64,000 bases of DNA from assembly GCA_036172245.1 (NCBI GenBank), contig JAYWIR010000052.1, positions 806,001 through 870,000 on the forward strand, written 5' to 3'. Positions 36,408 to 47,400 of this stretch are shown here, piece by piece; the stretch's first letter is position 1; the number at the start of each line of letters is the position of its first letter. A model generated the notes under the pieces. That model saw nothing but the letters and a program-made list of their open reading frames with translations. It searched no databases and was not told the origin of the DNA. This stretch comes from Raillietiella orientalis (lineage: Eukaryota). The translations under genes and the position numbers were made by a program.

Positions 36408-37617
36408 TCAGGGATGGTGCGCTCCGCTGCTCTGGATGGCTGCTCACCTCCACCCCAGCTGGGGTGGAGGTGCGCACGTGCTCGTGCATAACTGGAAACA
36501 CCCCTCGTCGTGTGACCTGTTTCACCCATCAGTCGGGTCGGTGGCTGTAGCAGTAAGATGTGGCACCCTTTGTTCTCTCCTCGAGATCCTTGGCTACGTT
36601 TTCGACTGACTGGAAATCCCATCTGGATTTCCTTCCTCCGCTGGGATACTGCTTCGACTCATGGCGGGGCAGTAACTCAGTCCTCGGCTGCAATCGCAAT
36701 TCCCTCAAGTCCCGATTTGTTCCTGGGGATTGCTCCTTGGCCGTAGCGCGCTTCCGGCTGGCTTCGGAGATGTGGGAGACGCGACGTGGACCCAGGTCCC
36801 TCGTGCTCCTCCCGCTCTTTTCCGACATCCAGCTCGGGTCGCCTTTCACTCTTCTGCTGGCGCGCGTTTTGTTCGTTTTCCTGGACGATACATCCTCGAG
36901 ACTGCAGTGCCGGAAGCTGCTGGAATCAGCGCTCCGGTCCACTGCAAATGAAGATGCACACTAGAGGTTCTCTGAGAGTTGGAAGGGCTCGCGAGATCAG
37001 GTGACCACCAACCGTGCAGTCACAGCGTTTCTTAGCCATCTGCTTCCTCGCTCTCGAAAACCCATCCTCCGCGGATGCAACTAACTAATGTGCGCGGTCA
37101 ACAGGTTTCCAGCGACCGCTGGTAGAAAAAGGTCCCTGACTGTAGAGAGAATGCTCCTCGAGGTCATGCTATGATTCTTTCGAATGGTTGAGGGAGTGGT
37201 AGAGGCTATCTTCGAGGGAGGATCCGAAGAGCAAAAGCAGAAATTTCAAAGACCGGGTGAGGAACAACAAGCAGCCACCTGGAAGCACAAGGCACGCCAA
37301 AAGGGCTCAACTGAAGACGTAGCGCTGGAGTCGGCAGTGAGCACCGGAAGAGAAACTTGCGGGAAGACGGAGGGGAACGTCGGTCTGGGCAGATGAACAC
37401 AGGACCAATTACAACGAAATGAGAAGCCAAAGAACTGAAACCAGAGAAGAAAGCTGGATAAGGGACTCGAACGACAAGAACGAGATCACCAGAAAAGCAA
37501 AAGCCGTCGCTGGAAGACCAAATTGAGGTGCGGCAATGATGGATGCAAGAAAAACCGGACCAACAACAACAACAAGCACCATAAGAGACGGAGAGTGTTT
37601 GAAGGGAAGCTGAGCAG

Positions 37618-38608
37618 CTCTCCTTCCGGCTGCGAAGGCACGGCAACCATCAGCAGTCATCGGGGGTGCCAAAGCGAGCCGTGGCGCATCTCGGGTTGTC
37701 GATTCCGCGTCCTCCTCTCCTTGCCGACGGCTGTCTTTGCGGAAGTGATGGATGATCGCAGCTTCCTCCACCTCATTAGCCGACATGGAAGCGCCGAAGC
37801 TTTATCCCCAGCTTGAAGGAATATATCAGGATGCGGGAGCTCAAGAACCAGAGCATGGAAGGATACTCCGAACGCACATTAAACTTCCGGTTGCCAAGGA
37901 GCAGTCCGGGAGGCATCAAGAAGTACAAGAAAGGGTCCCATCTGGAGAATTATTCCCAAAAGAGCGAAGTCATGCAAGGAGGGTTGAAGGACAACACTGG
38001 AAGCAAGGGTAGAAGGGGGAAGGAGGAGGGTAGAAGACCAACTGCAGCAACAGGTGCGCCGGGGAAACGGACCACGGAAGCGTCGTGGGGAACGGAAGGA
38101 ATATCAGCGTGGGAAGCAGCAGCAGCAGATTCTTCTTGAACAGCTGCAAGAACGCCTTGAGCGAAGAGAAAAAAGCGATGGAGATGCGGTTATCGAGAAG
38201 GGAAAATCCATCTGAAAGATCTAGAGCTGGAAAGAGGATAGAGGTTCGAGGAGATGACGCCTGCACCTAGTGGGCAACTCCAGGAGGTGGACAGGGAGTG
38301 GTGGGAGGAGACTGTCGAGGATCAGGCGGGTGAGCGTCTTTCCGTCTTTCTCTTCCGGGACGAGCGTCCCCCTCCTCAAGAACGGGAAGGCCTTCCTCCC
38401 GCAACACCACCAATTCATCAAGGAAAACGTCGGCGCTTCCACGTCGGCTAATGAGGTGGAGGAAGCTGCGATCATCCATCACTTCCGCAAAGACAGCCGT
38501 CGGCAAGGAGAGGAGGACGCGGAATCGACAACCCGAGATGCGCCACGGCTCGCTTTGGCACCCCCGATGACTGCTGATGGTTGCCGTGCCATTGTAGCCG
38601 GAGGGAGG
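37618..38608. repeat. Nested ~180-bp inverted repeat (37618-37798 / 38430-38608)
   Basis: The peptide SANEVEEAAIIHHFRKDSRRQGEEDAESTTRDAPRLALAPPMTADGCRA is encoded on both strands. Confidence 0.95.
37790..38000 (+). mobile_element. Possible Ty3/gypsy gag remnant
   Basis: 'KEYIRMRELKNQSMEGYSERTLNF' resembles the retrotransposon gag 'L.Q..SV.EY..RF' motif; weak. Confidence 0.3.
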
Positions 38609-39329
38609 GAGGACGGAGGGGAAGGGAGAGGAAGAGTGAGCAGCCATAACGATGCTTCTGGGAGCCTTCTGGAACACCGCGGCTCTGATGTCACGCATCT
38701 CGTGTCCCCGAATGACTCCCGCGCGTGCTACGCGCCCCCGCTGGATGGGCACTTTCACTGATTGGGACCGCACGCCTTCCGCCCTCGAGACACCCGGGGG
38801 ATCCCTGTCTCGCTCCGCGGGCGTGGTGTTATTTTCAGCACCATTAGCAACGGCCTCGTTCCCTCCTCTGTCCTCCTTCCATTGGATCCGGCGTCCTGGC
38901 CACAGAAGCGCCCTGTCGTCAAAAGAAAGAGTTTATTGTTCTTGGCTCGGGGCAGTCACTACATCTGGTTATCTGCACCAGAGGAGGCGCAGGAGTAAAC
39001 GGACTTCCCCCAGTCCTTGTGGGAACGCTCCCGACCCGCGGCATGCATCGTTCCGCCCGATCCGTCAGAACGAAGTGAAGAGAGAGACCCCAGTCTACCC
39101 TCCTGCGACTCCCTAGAGTCTCGGGGTATTTTCTGGGAAGAAGACGGAGCTCGACTCCATGGGAGAGGATGAGAGGGAGGGGACGCCGTCACCACCCGCC
39201 AACTGATCTGAAGGTGCGATCAGCTGGCAATAGAACAATAGGACTCTGTCCGGTCGACCACGGCGGCAGGACAGCGTTGGGAAGCGTACCGGGATTCGCC
39301 CCCTCCCTCCCCCCCCCCTCTCTTCCTTG

Positions 39330-39790
39330 TCGAACGCCTGCTTGCCGTTCAGAGAACAGGAGGAAAGCGTCACTCTTTTGCCGACCCGTTCCCTTCGAGC
39401 CAAGGGATTTGGCAGCCACTGGATGCAGCCAGCCATCTGCTATTCTTGGCATCCTCCACCCTTCCCTTCTGGGAGACGCGAAAGAGTCGCTTGGGAGATA
39501 ATCGACGGTCCTCCCGTTGCTTTCTAGCCCAACTGATCGGCTGCTGCGGAAAGAGCCGTCCACTCCTTGCAGGACGCCTCCTTCCGCATTTTCTGATGAA
39601 GATGCTCACGAAACCAAGCCCCACGATTTCCAGACAAGGTCTCGCCTCAGATTTCCGTCTCATACCGAGCTCATCTGGTCCCTACCTCTCCCACCCCATC
39701 CAACACAGTTCGCCCGTTCAAACCTCAGCCTGCTGCCGATGGCAAGACTGCGCACCACAGATCGTCTTGAAGATGCACCAAAGCATTCCC
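39330..39790 (+). mobile_element. Ty3/gypsy integrase core remnant
   Basis: 'GILHP', 'LPFWET', 'PTISRQG' and 'QPAADGKTAH' resemble GLLxPL / PWE / IVSDRG / HPQTDGQTER, in order. Confidence 0.5.
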
Positions 39791-40158
39791 TCACCATAGG
39801 TTAATAGACCACTATAGTGGTCTCTTCCTACCGTTCCTTATGCTATAGACTGTAGCTAAAATTTTCTATCCACCAGCATCCAACCATGCTTGTGATTTGC
39901 AAGTAAGCTCCAGAGAGAACAAACAACGACTCTTCGTGGCACTCTTCACCCGCCAGCCGCTCTTCACCTCCACCTTCACCATCCGACACCCTTCGCCGCC
40001 TTCGAATCCACTTATCAGCCACCACCACCCTCCAGCTACCTTGAACGCCCCACTTTCATCCGCCAGTCCTTTCGCTAACTCCGCAACCACCAGTCATCCA
40101 CTGCAGTCTGCGTCCAGTACGAAGGCGATGGTGACCGACGGGTGGCGAGAAGGCGATT

Positions 40159-43100
40159 GAGAACCCCTAGTGCACCCTCTAGTGTGCATCTTCATTTGCA
40201 GTGGACCGGAGCGCTGATTCCAGCAGCTTCCGGCACTGCAGTCTCGAGGATGTATCGTCCAGGAAAACGAACAAAACGCGCGCCAGCAGAAGAGTGAAAG
40301 GCGACCCGAGCTGGATGTCGGAAAAGAGCGGGAGGAGCACGAGGGACCTGGGTCCACGTCGCGTCTCCCACATCTCCGAAGCCAGCCGGAAGCGCGCTAC
40401 GGCCAAGGAGCAATCCCCAGGAACAAATCGGGACTTGAGGGAATTGCGATTGCAGCCGAGGACTGAGTTACTGCCCCGCCATGAGTCGAAGCAGTATCCC
40501 AGCGGAGGAAGGAAATCCAGATGGGATTTCCAGTCAGTCGAAAACGTAGCCAAGGATCTCGAGGAGAGAACAAAGGGTGCCACATCTTACCCTGCTACAG
40601 CCACCGACCCGGACTGATGGGTGAAACAGGTCACACGACGAGGGGTGTTTCCAGTTATGCACGAGCACTGTGCGCACTCCACCCCAGCTGGGGTGGAGGT
40701 GAGCAGCCATCCAGAGCAGCGGAGCGCACCATCCCTGAGCCTCCATCGAACGGCACGCGGACCGGGCGGAGGCGCCGCCACGCGCAGGACCGCGTCGCGC
40801 TCACATCTCCCCCTCGCCGGTGAGGCGTTATCCACAAGATCTCCTCTTCCTTCGGAGAAGACTGCGATCTACAAGGGGCTGCCCCGTCACCACAGATGGC
40901 CCAGCACATCATTCAAACGAATGCCACGGGAGCGCTGGATGCTGCAACATCTTCCTGATGTACCCCTCCTGCCGCCATGGAAGGTTCGATTCTTCCAGCA
41001 AGCATCGCTCCCTACTTGCCGGCACTCGACGAAAACTCAGGAGTGCCATATTGGGACGGAGACCCCTTTGAATGAGAAGCGAAGACTCAGGCATTAACTT
41101 TATTTGTTTCGCTTCTCCTTCCAGAGGCGTCAGGGGACGTTCGAAGGAAGAGGCGATTCCAGTACGAAGCCCGGACACTACAACGGTAGTCGGATTTCCA
41201 GCGTTGGTGTTCTACAAGTGATGTTCCAGAGGGAACGAACAACGACCAGCCTTCTTCACCTTCGCCGCTTCCATCTCCACCCGCCAAACACCTTTCTCCG
41301 ATACTTTTGCCGCCTCTACCACCACTCGTCAGCCACGTTTGCCCACCACCTTCTCCGTCTCCACCTCCACCCTCCAACCAAATTTGTACGTCGGCGATCT
41401 TTGAAGACTCCACCTCCGCCCGCCAGCCACCTTTCTCCATCACCTCTCCCGTCTCCACCTTCACCTCCCAGTCACGTTTGTCCTCCACCTCCCAGCCAAA
41501 AGTGACGGACGTTTCTCAGTCACTTTTTCCGCCTCCAGCTCCACCCACCAGCCACTTTTCTCCGCTGCATCCATCTCCATTCGTCAGCCACGTTTGTTCA
41601 CCACCTTCTCCGTCTCCACCTTCACCCGTCAGCCGCCCACCTTCGCCGTCTGCTTGATTCCCTCTCCCCGTTCCGCCCCCCTTCCGAGAGTCCCAGGATG
41701 TCCGGCCCCCCCAGGAAGGCACTCTGCAGTGGCGTTCGTCGGAGCGCGCCGCTCCCTGTCACGCGCCTCTTGGCGACGCGGTTCCTCCCTCCCCTGGGGC
41801 GGCGTCCTCCGCTGCTTCAGCGGAGGACGCCGCCCCGATGCCGCTCGCGGAAGCGCGCGACATCGGCCCCCGCGAGAGACCTCCCCGTCGACGCGAAGCG
41901 CCGGATGCGCACCCGCGCCCTTCCAACGGCACGGCAACCCCTTCACCGCGGGTGAAGGTGGAGCTCCGGGAAGGGGTCGGTCGGTGGGAGGCGGCAAATC
42001 GCGTTGACCACCGGATGCGGAGGGGGAGGGCGTGGCTGGAGGACCCCTTCCACGCGCCCCCTGTACCTCCCCAGCGGGGCACCGCTCGCCTCACCGGGAG
42101 CCCAAGCGGGAGGCGCGCGAGAGTCCGCACGCGGGGAGCCCGGGGTCTTGGCCGGCGAGCGGGAGATGCGCGCGCGACGCGGTCCTGCGCGTGGCGGCGC
42201 CTCCGCCCGGTCCGCGTGCCGTTCGATGGAGGCGCAGCGATGTCGCTCTGGACTGGAGGCGCATGTGTGGCTGCCCGAAGTTCGACCCCCGATCGGGATC
42301 CTGGTCCGGCCTTCCCCGAAAGCACATCCTTCGCTTACCCTGGAAGACTCCTGTCTCCCCGCTGTCCAAATGCCGCTGAGGTCAGCGCCAGTTCTGTTGA
42401 ATTTCTCGTGTACGCATTCCTGAAGGGGATGCTCATTAGTCCTTGGTGCATGCGGTTTCTTCTTTACCAACGCCCTCGTTGCTGTTCGAGAGACCTTCCG
42501 TGCTGCCACAGCCGGCAGGTTGCGCCGTCTAAAGCGCCTGCCTGCGGGAGAATCACTAGCTGCGTCTGGTGAATTCGGGAGGCCGTGACCTCATCGCTCG
42601 GTCTCCCTTCTGGTTCCTTGTCGCTTCCTCAAGTGTCTGCTCCCGAGTTGTGGGTGGGACATGTCTACCTCTATTCTCGGTGCCGATTGGATCCTGCCGC
42701 AAGACCACCGGACCAGGGGTCCGGACTGTGCCCGGTGTGGCAAACGAGAAGCCACACCTGTAGCTCGAGCGTGCTGCCTTCAGGGGTGCGTGGGAATGTT
42801 TCGCCGCGGTCCTGAAATCCTCCTAATGGACGACTTGGAAAGGAGGTCCTGAGACGCTTCTCTACGAGTGGCGCAACGTCGCCAGCGACGGAGAGAAGCT
42901 GCAGCGAGGGAGGCACGCTGTTTCCTTCGCGAGAATCGCGAAAAGACGGCCATGCCTCACAGACGTCACACGGACTGCTGAAGAATCAGTTCGCCACCTT
43001 AGGAGGGGAAAGGGGTCTCGTAAAGCTCTTTGATACTGCCCACGCCGCTGGGTCGTGCTTCCCTTGAAAGTTTGACCCCTTACCAGTTGTATTTATGTTG

Positions 43101-44117
43101 CTGATAAACGTTCTGGAGCGACCGGGATTCAAAGAATAGGGAATGCAACCATCCAAAGTACATTCTCGATGGGACAAGCGCTGCCTCGGGTTGACCACCG
43201 CTGTTCCAGCCCGCACCCTTTCGTCCGGCCTACGGAGTCTTGGACCAACACTGCTTTCCTCCCAGCTTTTCTTTTTTCGTTCGCCACCTCACGAGAGCTC
43301 GCCAAGCTCTTCGACGCTGTCCACACCTCCCAGTGGTGCGTGCGCGTGACTCTTCAAGTTATAGGGAGGGGGGAAACCTCAGAAGGGAACCGCCCTGTCA
43401 CTCCAGGAAGGCTCCAGGGGAAGCATTCCGTGCTCCTCTTGAGCTTGGTGGGTAACCCCGAAGAAGACCACTTCCTCGTTCTCTCCGAAAGGACTCCCCG
43501 GAAAGGGTCCGTTCTGGAATTTCTTCTCCAGAGGAAACCCGCAATGGAAGGGCCTCTTTTTTCCTCTTCCTCCTCCTCCTCTGAAGAGAACCCCGAAGGC
43601 ACTCGATGGAAGGTCCATTTTTTCCCATCCGGAGGGGCACCCTGAACGACTCCTTAATGTCCTGGAAGGACCCGGAGGGTCGACTTCCGATTCCGGTCAG
43701 TCAAGGGGAGCATTCCCCTTCTCATGGTGCCACACCCGAGCTGGCCAACCGGAGCCATCCTTCGCGGTGAAAGACACTCGAAACCCACTACACCTCTGTT
43801 TGCGTCGTCGATCCTTCTTCGGGTGGTATTTGAACAGCGACGCCTGGCGCCACCACGCCCTCCAGCGCGGTAGAAGGAACTTGCCTGCATCCCCCACAGG
43901 GCTCTGAGAACGTGCCAGGATAGTTTCCGTTATTCGTTCGCTTGCCCCTCCTCTGAATCATCCCTCCCCAATCTTCTCCAAAACAACCTTTTTGTGTTTT
44001 ATTCTCTTTTTTGTTTACTGCCACCCACTTGGTTTTCCCTCTGCGGACCCCTCCGGGCGAGCTGCTCGCGAACGGAATGCATCCCGGACTTGCTCCGACG
44101 TATCGGGTTTGAAATCC
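40159..44117. repeat. Right arm of ~3.95-kb inverted duplication
   Basis: Reverse complement of 33021-36972. Confidence 0.98.
40200..40580 (+). mobile_element. Possible gypsy integrase C-terminus/chromodomain-like remnant followed by a purine-rich tract
   Basis: 'RVSHISEASRK' (~VFHVSxLK) and 'KQYPSGGRKSRWDFQSVENV', then gaggagagaacaaaggg-tg; same strand as the integrase core and downstream of it. Confidence 0.3.
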
Positions 44118-44409
44118 AAGGCGCATGTGTGGCTGACCGAAGTTCGACCCCCGATCGGGATCCTGGTCCGGTCTTTCCGGAAGGTCCGCCGTCCTTTTTT
44201 GAATCCGGACCCCTCTGGAACCCGTCCAACGGCCGTGGTTATTGCTTTTGTTCCGCGTGGCTGCCACCTTGGGTTCCCTCTGAAGGTATTCTTTAATGGG
44301 GAGGTGCCTATTGGATGCGTAGGATCAGGGCACGAATTGCTACTTATGTAGCGCGCGCGGGATGAGCATAGGTGGAGGACAGTCGCCGTGGGAATGCAGC
44401 CCTGGTCGC

Positions 44410-44441
44410 CACTCAGTAACTGGTTTTCCAGTTACTGAGTG
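44410..44441. other. Perfect 14-bp stem, TTTT loop hairpin
   Basis: cactcagtaactgg-tttt-ccagttactgagtg. Confidence 0.95.
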
Positions 44442-47400
44442 TCCAATGGCGCCTCCGAGCGCCACGTCACTGGGCCGTGATCGCCCCTGTACGTGGGTTC
44501 GGGGAAAGCTTCCGTGAGCGTTTGAGGGAGGAATTCCCGGACGAGGGCGCTCCCGGGACAGCTAAGGAGAGCTCGCGTTTCTGTTGAGGCACTGCGCTGC
44601 GGACGAAGCGCCCTCTTCCTTAGAGATGGCGGCGATCCGTAGGGGCAGCCCTGAACGAGCCCCCTCCTCTTGTGAGGAAGCCCATCAAAAATTCATTCGA
44701 CTTTGATTCATTTTCCGGCGCGATCCTCTCCATGCGAACGGGCAGCTGCTTGCGGTACTTTTTTTTTTTTTCCTCCTTCTTGCCCTCCCCTTCTTCCCCT
44801 CGTGCTGAGGGAGCAGATGATTGATGGCTGCAGTCGTCTGATCGTGCCCTTCGCGACCGGAGACTCAGAGAACAGGCGGACTTCGGACTGGGAGAAGGAT
44901 CGGAAGGTGGCGGACTTCCCGGGCCGCGCGCGTCTTTGCTCTGGGGCCGGCCGCTTCCGCGGGGGCGCTGCCTGGGCGACTAGAAGCGACTCTGGGTTCG
45001 GTTACGCCTCGTGGAGGGCGTGCCTTCGCTGCGGCAGGCCGGCGGCTGTCTGGAGTATTCCTAGTAGGTTCGCCGAGGTCTTGTCTACCTCGAGAGATGC
45101 ACCCGGTGACCCCCGACGGGCAGGGCCTTGCCGATCTGGTCAGCGAGGGCACAGTGCAACGGTGGACTTCCCAGAGGCCTGAGATAATCGCGGGTCCAAA
45201 ACATATCAGAGGGGAGGAGGGCGGCGTCCTCCCTGCCGGACCCCGGGAGGGACCGGGAGTCTAGCCACGGATTACTTTTCCATGAAGGAAGCCCCCATTT
45301 AAAAGAAAAACGATGGCGCTGTTCCAAGGAGGGCCTTCGGTCGGTGCGGGGTGAGTGGATCAGAGATGAACCGGGGCTGACGCCCTCTCACCTCCATTCG
45401 GTCGGGAGACGGTGCTCAGGGCTCTCCCACACGTGGGCGGTTCGCGGGGTGCCCGCAGTCTACACCAGGAGGAGTGAAGGTGGCACCTCTCCTGCAGGAC
45501 CGGTGGGGAACACGCGGCGACGCTTGGCAGGCGTTTCTTGCAGTGCCCGGGAGGAAGGGAGGCGCCATTGGGTCACGCCGAGGTGCTTCTTGTGAAAGGG
45601 ACAGCAAACTTACAACCTACGAGTGCATGAGGCATGTAATCCTGCCATTCTCGAATCTACAAAAACCAGCCGGATCGCTGGTGGCGCACAGGTCGGCGAG
45701 GGTCATCTCGGCAGCAAAGGGGGGGGGGAGAACGAAAAGAAATAAATAAAAATAAATAAGAACAATCTGGAAGGCCAGGAAGGATCGCTGCCCACTGGAG
45801 GGAGTCCCCTGCATCTTGTCCAGAATGCCGGCCACGTCCGCCTGCACAGCACTCGGGTGGGGTCGTCTGGTCGCCATCCGCAGAAGCGGAAGTGCACACT
45901 TGATGCTGTCCCACTCGTTTCTTCCTCCTCCTTCTGCGTCGCTCAGGACGAACCCAGCGAAGGGCTGCAGGGGCTGCGGCTGGTTCTAGGGCCTCTCTCT
46001 CTCTCGCACGGAGAGGAGCCGTAAAACGTCCCTGGGGGTGCCAACAGGATCATCCCGGAACGCCTCCACAGGGTCTGGAGGACAACACGGTCCACTGATA
46101 GGCGCAGGAGGAATGATACCCGTTTCCCACACTTGCAATAGTCCGGACCTCTCCTCTCTCTCCCGGGTCCAGCGATGTCGGCCTGAACGTTGCAGAGAAG
46201 GCCTCGATTCAGGAACAGTGCCGAGTCCTGCCGCTTCAGGGTGAGGGTGCTGCAGTTCGCGAGCACCGGGGGCGGCTTCAGGTCTTTCCGAAGAATTCCC
46301 AGCAGCCCTTTCCAGGGCTGTAGCTCTCATAAAAGGGCACTTGGGATTGCAGCATCCCCCAGCTGCCCCGTGGACCATCCACTCATGATCTTCTTCATGC
46401 ATACGATCTCACAGAAGCCTAAACACCTTGTCGGATGGCTGCCGCGATTGCTTTCCTCAGGGGGACAGCACTGCGGCGAAGGGGGGTCTGCTCCGCTCGC
46501 GCTCTCACGCTAGGACTCTCCAGGATCTTCCGCAATGGGTGTAGACGCCGAGTCGCAGGCATCTCCATTCTTCGGAGCTCGGCTCAGTCCTATCCGCCTA
46601 CCTACCAACTGTTTCTTCTAGCCAGGCGCTCGTGGTGGCAAAGCGCGTCCGGCCATCCAGCCGCTCTTCTTCGTCAGAGTGGTCATCCGCCCGAGGAGGA
46701 GACCGCACCTTCTCATCTTTCGTCTGGAGCACAAAAAAATAATAATGCGAGAGTCCCTCAGTTCTGGGGGAGGTTCACGGGTTCGCCCGTGGAGAGAGGG
46801 AGGAGAAGACGTCACTCGTGTTGGTGCGACCGCCCAGCCGTAGGGTCATCCACGGCGACATATGGGACGGTCCAGATGATTAGGAGGAAGCCCTCATTTT
46901 TTTTCCATCAAGAGAGCGGTCCGCCCATGAGGGATCTTCGGCACCTCCGGAAACTTACCGTCTGCCATTGGGAGTAAACGCGCCCGAAGGCCTCGTCACA
47001 AGGATACGCCCTGAGGAGGACCTAGGTGGACGCCGCGCAGGAGTTGAGGATAGAAAATGCCTGCGAGGGGCCGTCACTCGCCCTCCTCCTTCCTCCCGAA
47101 ATCTTCCGGGCGCTTTCGGCGGTTCAAGGAAAGGAGCGATTACCTGGCCTTTGCATTGGAGAGCCATGGGAGACCGGCAACCTGCTTCGGGGGCGGGTAT
47201 AGACATCCCCTGGACAGGTAGGTGCTTGGAGACACCGCTCCTTTCCTGGAGCGCTGCGTCTGCCACGTCTGCCTTGAGAGCTTTCGATTCCTCCATCATG
47301 CCGGCATCCTGGTGAAGTCGCTCCTCTCCAGGAGAGCAGAACGGACAGCCCTCAAAGTTTCCTCTAGCTCCAGACAACGAGTGCTCGCAGGGACAGGAGA

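Larger units (their letters stand above)
33021..36972. repeat. Left arm of ~3.95-kb inverted duplication
   Basis: Reverse complement of 40159-44117; the ORF track shows identical mirrored translations throughout (e.g. 34612..35178+ vs 41943..42509-). Confidence 0.98.

Noticed and set aside
33021..44117. DIRS, Polinton or another element with long terminal inverted repeats
   Set aside because: The arms are mosaics of unrelated repeats, and no tyrosine recombinase, polB or transposase is visible in the spacer.
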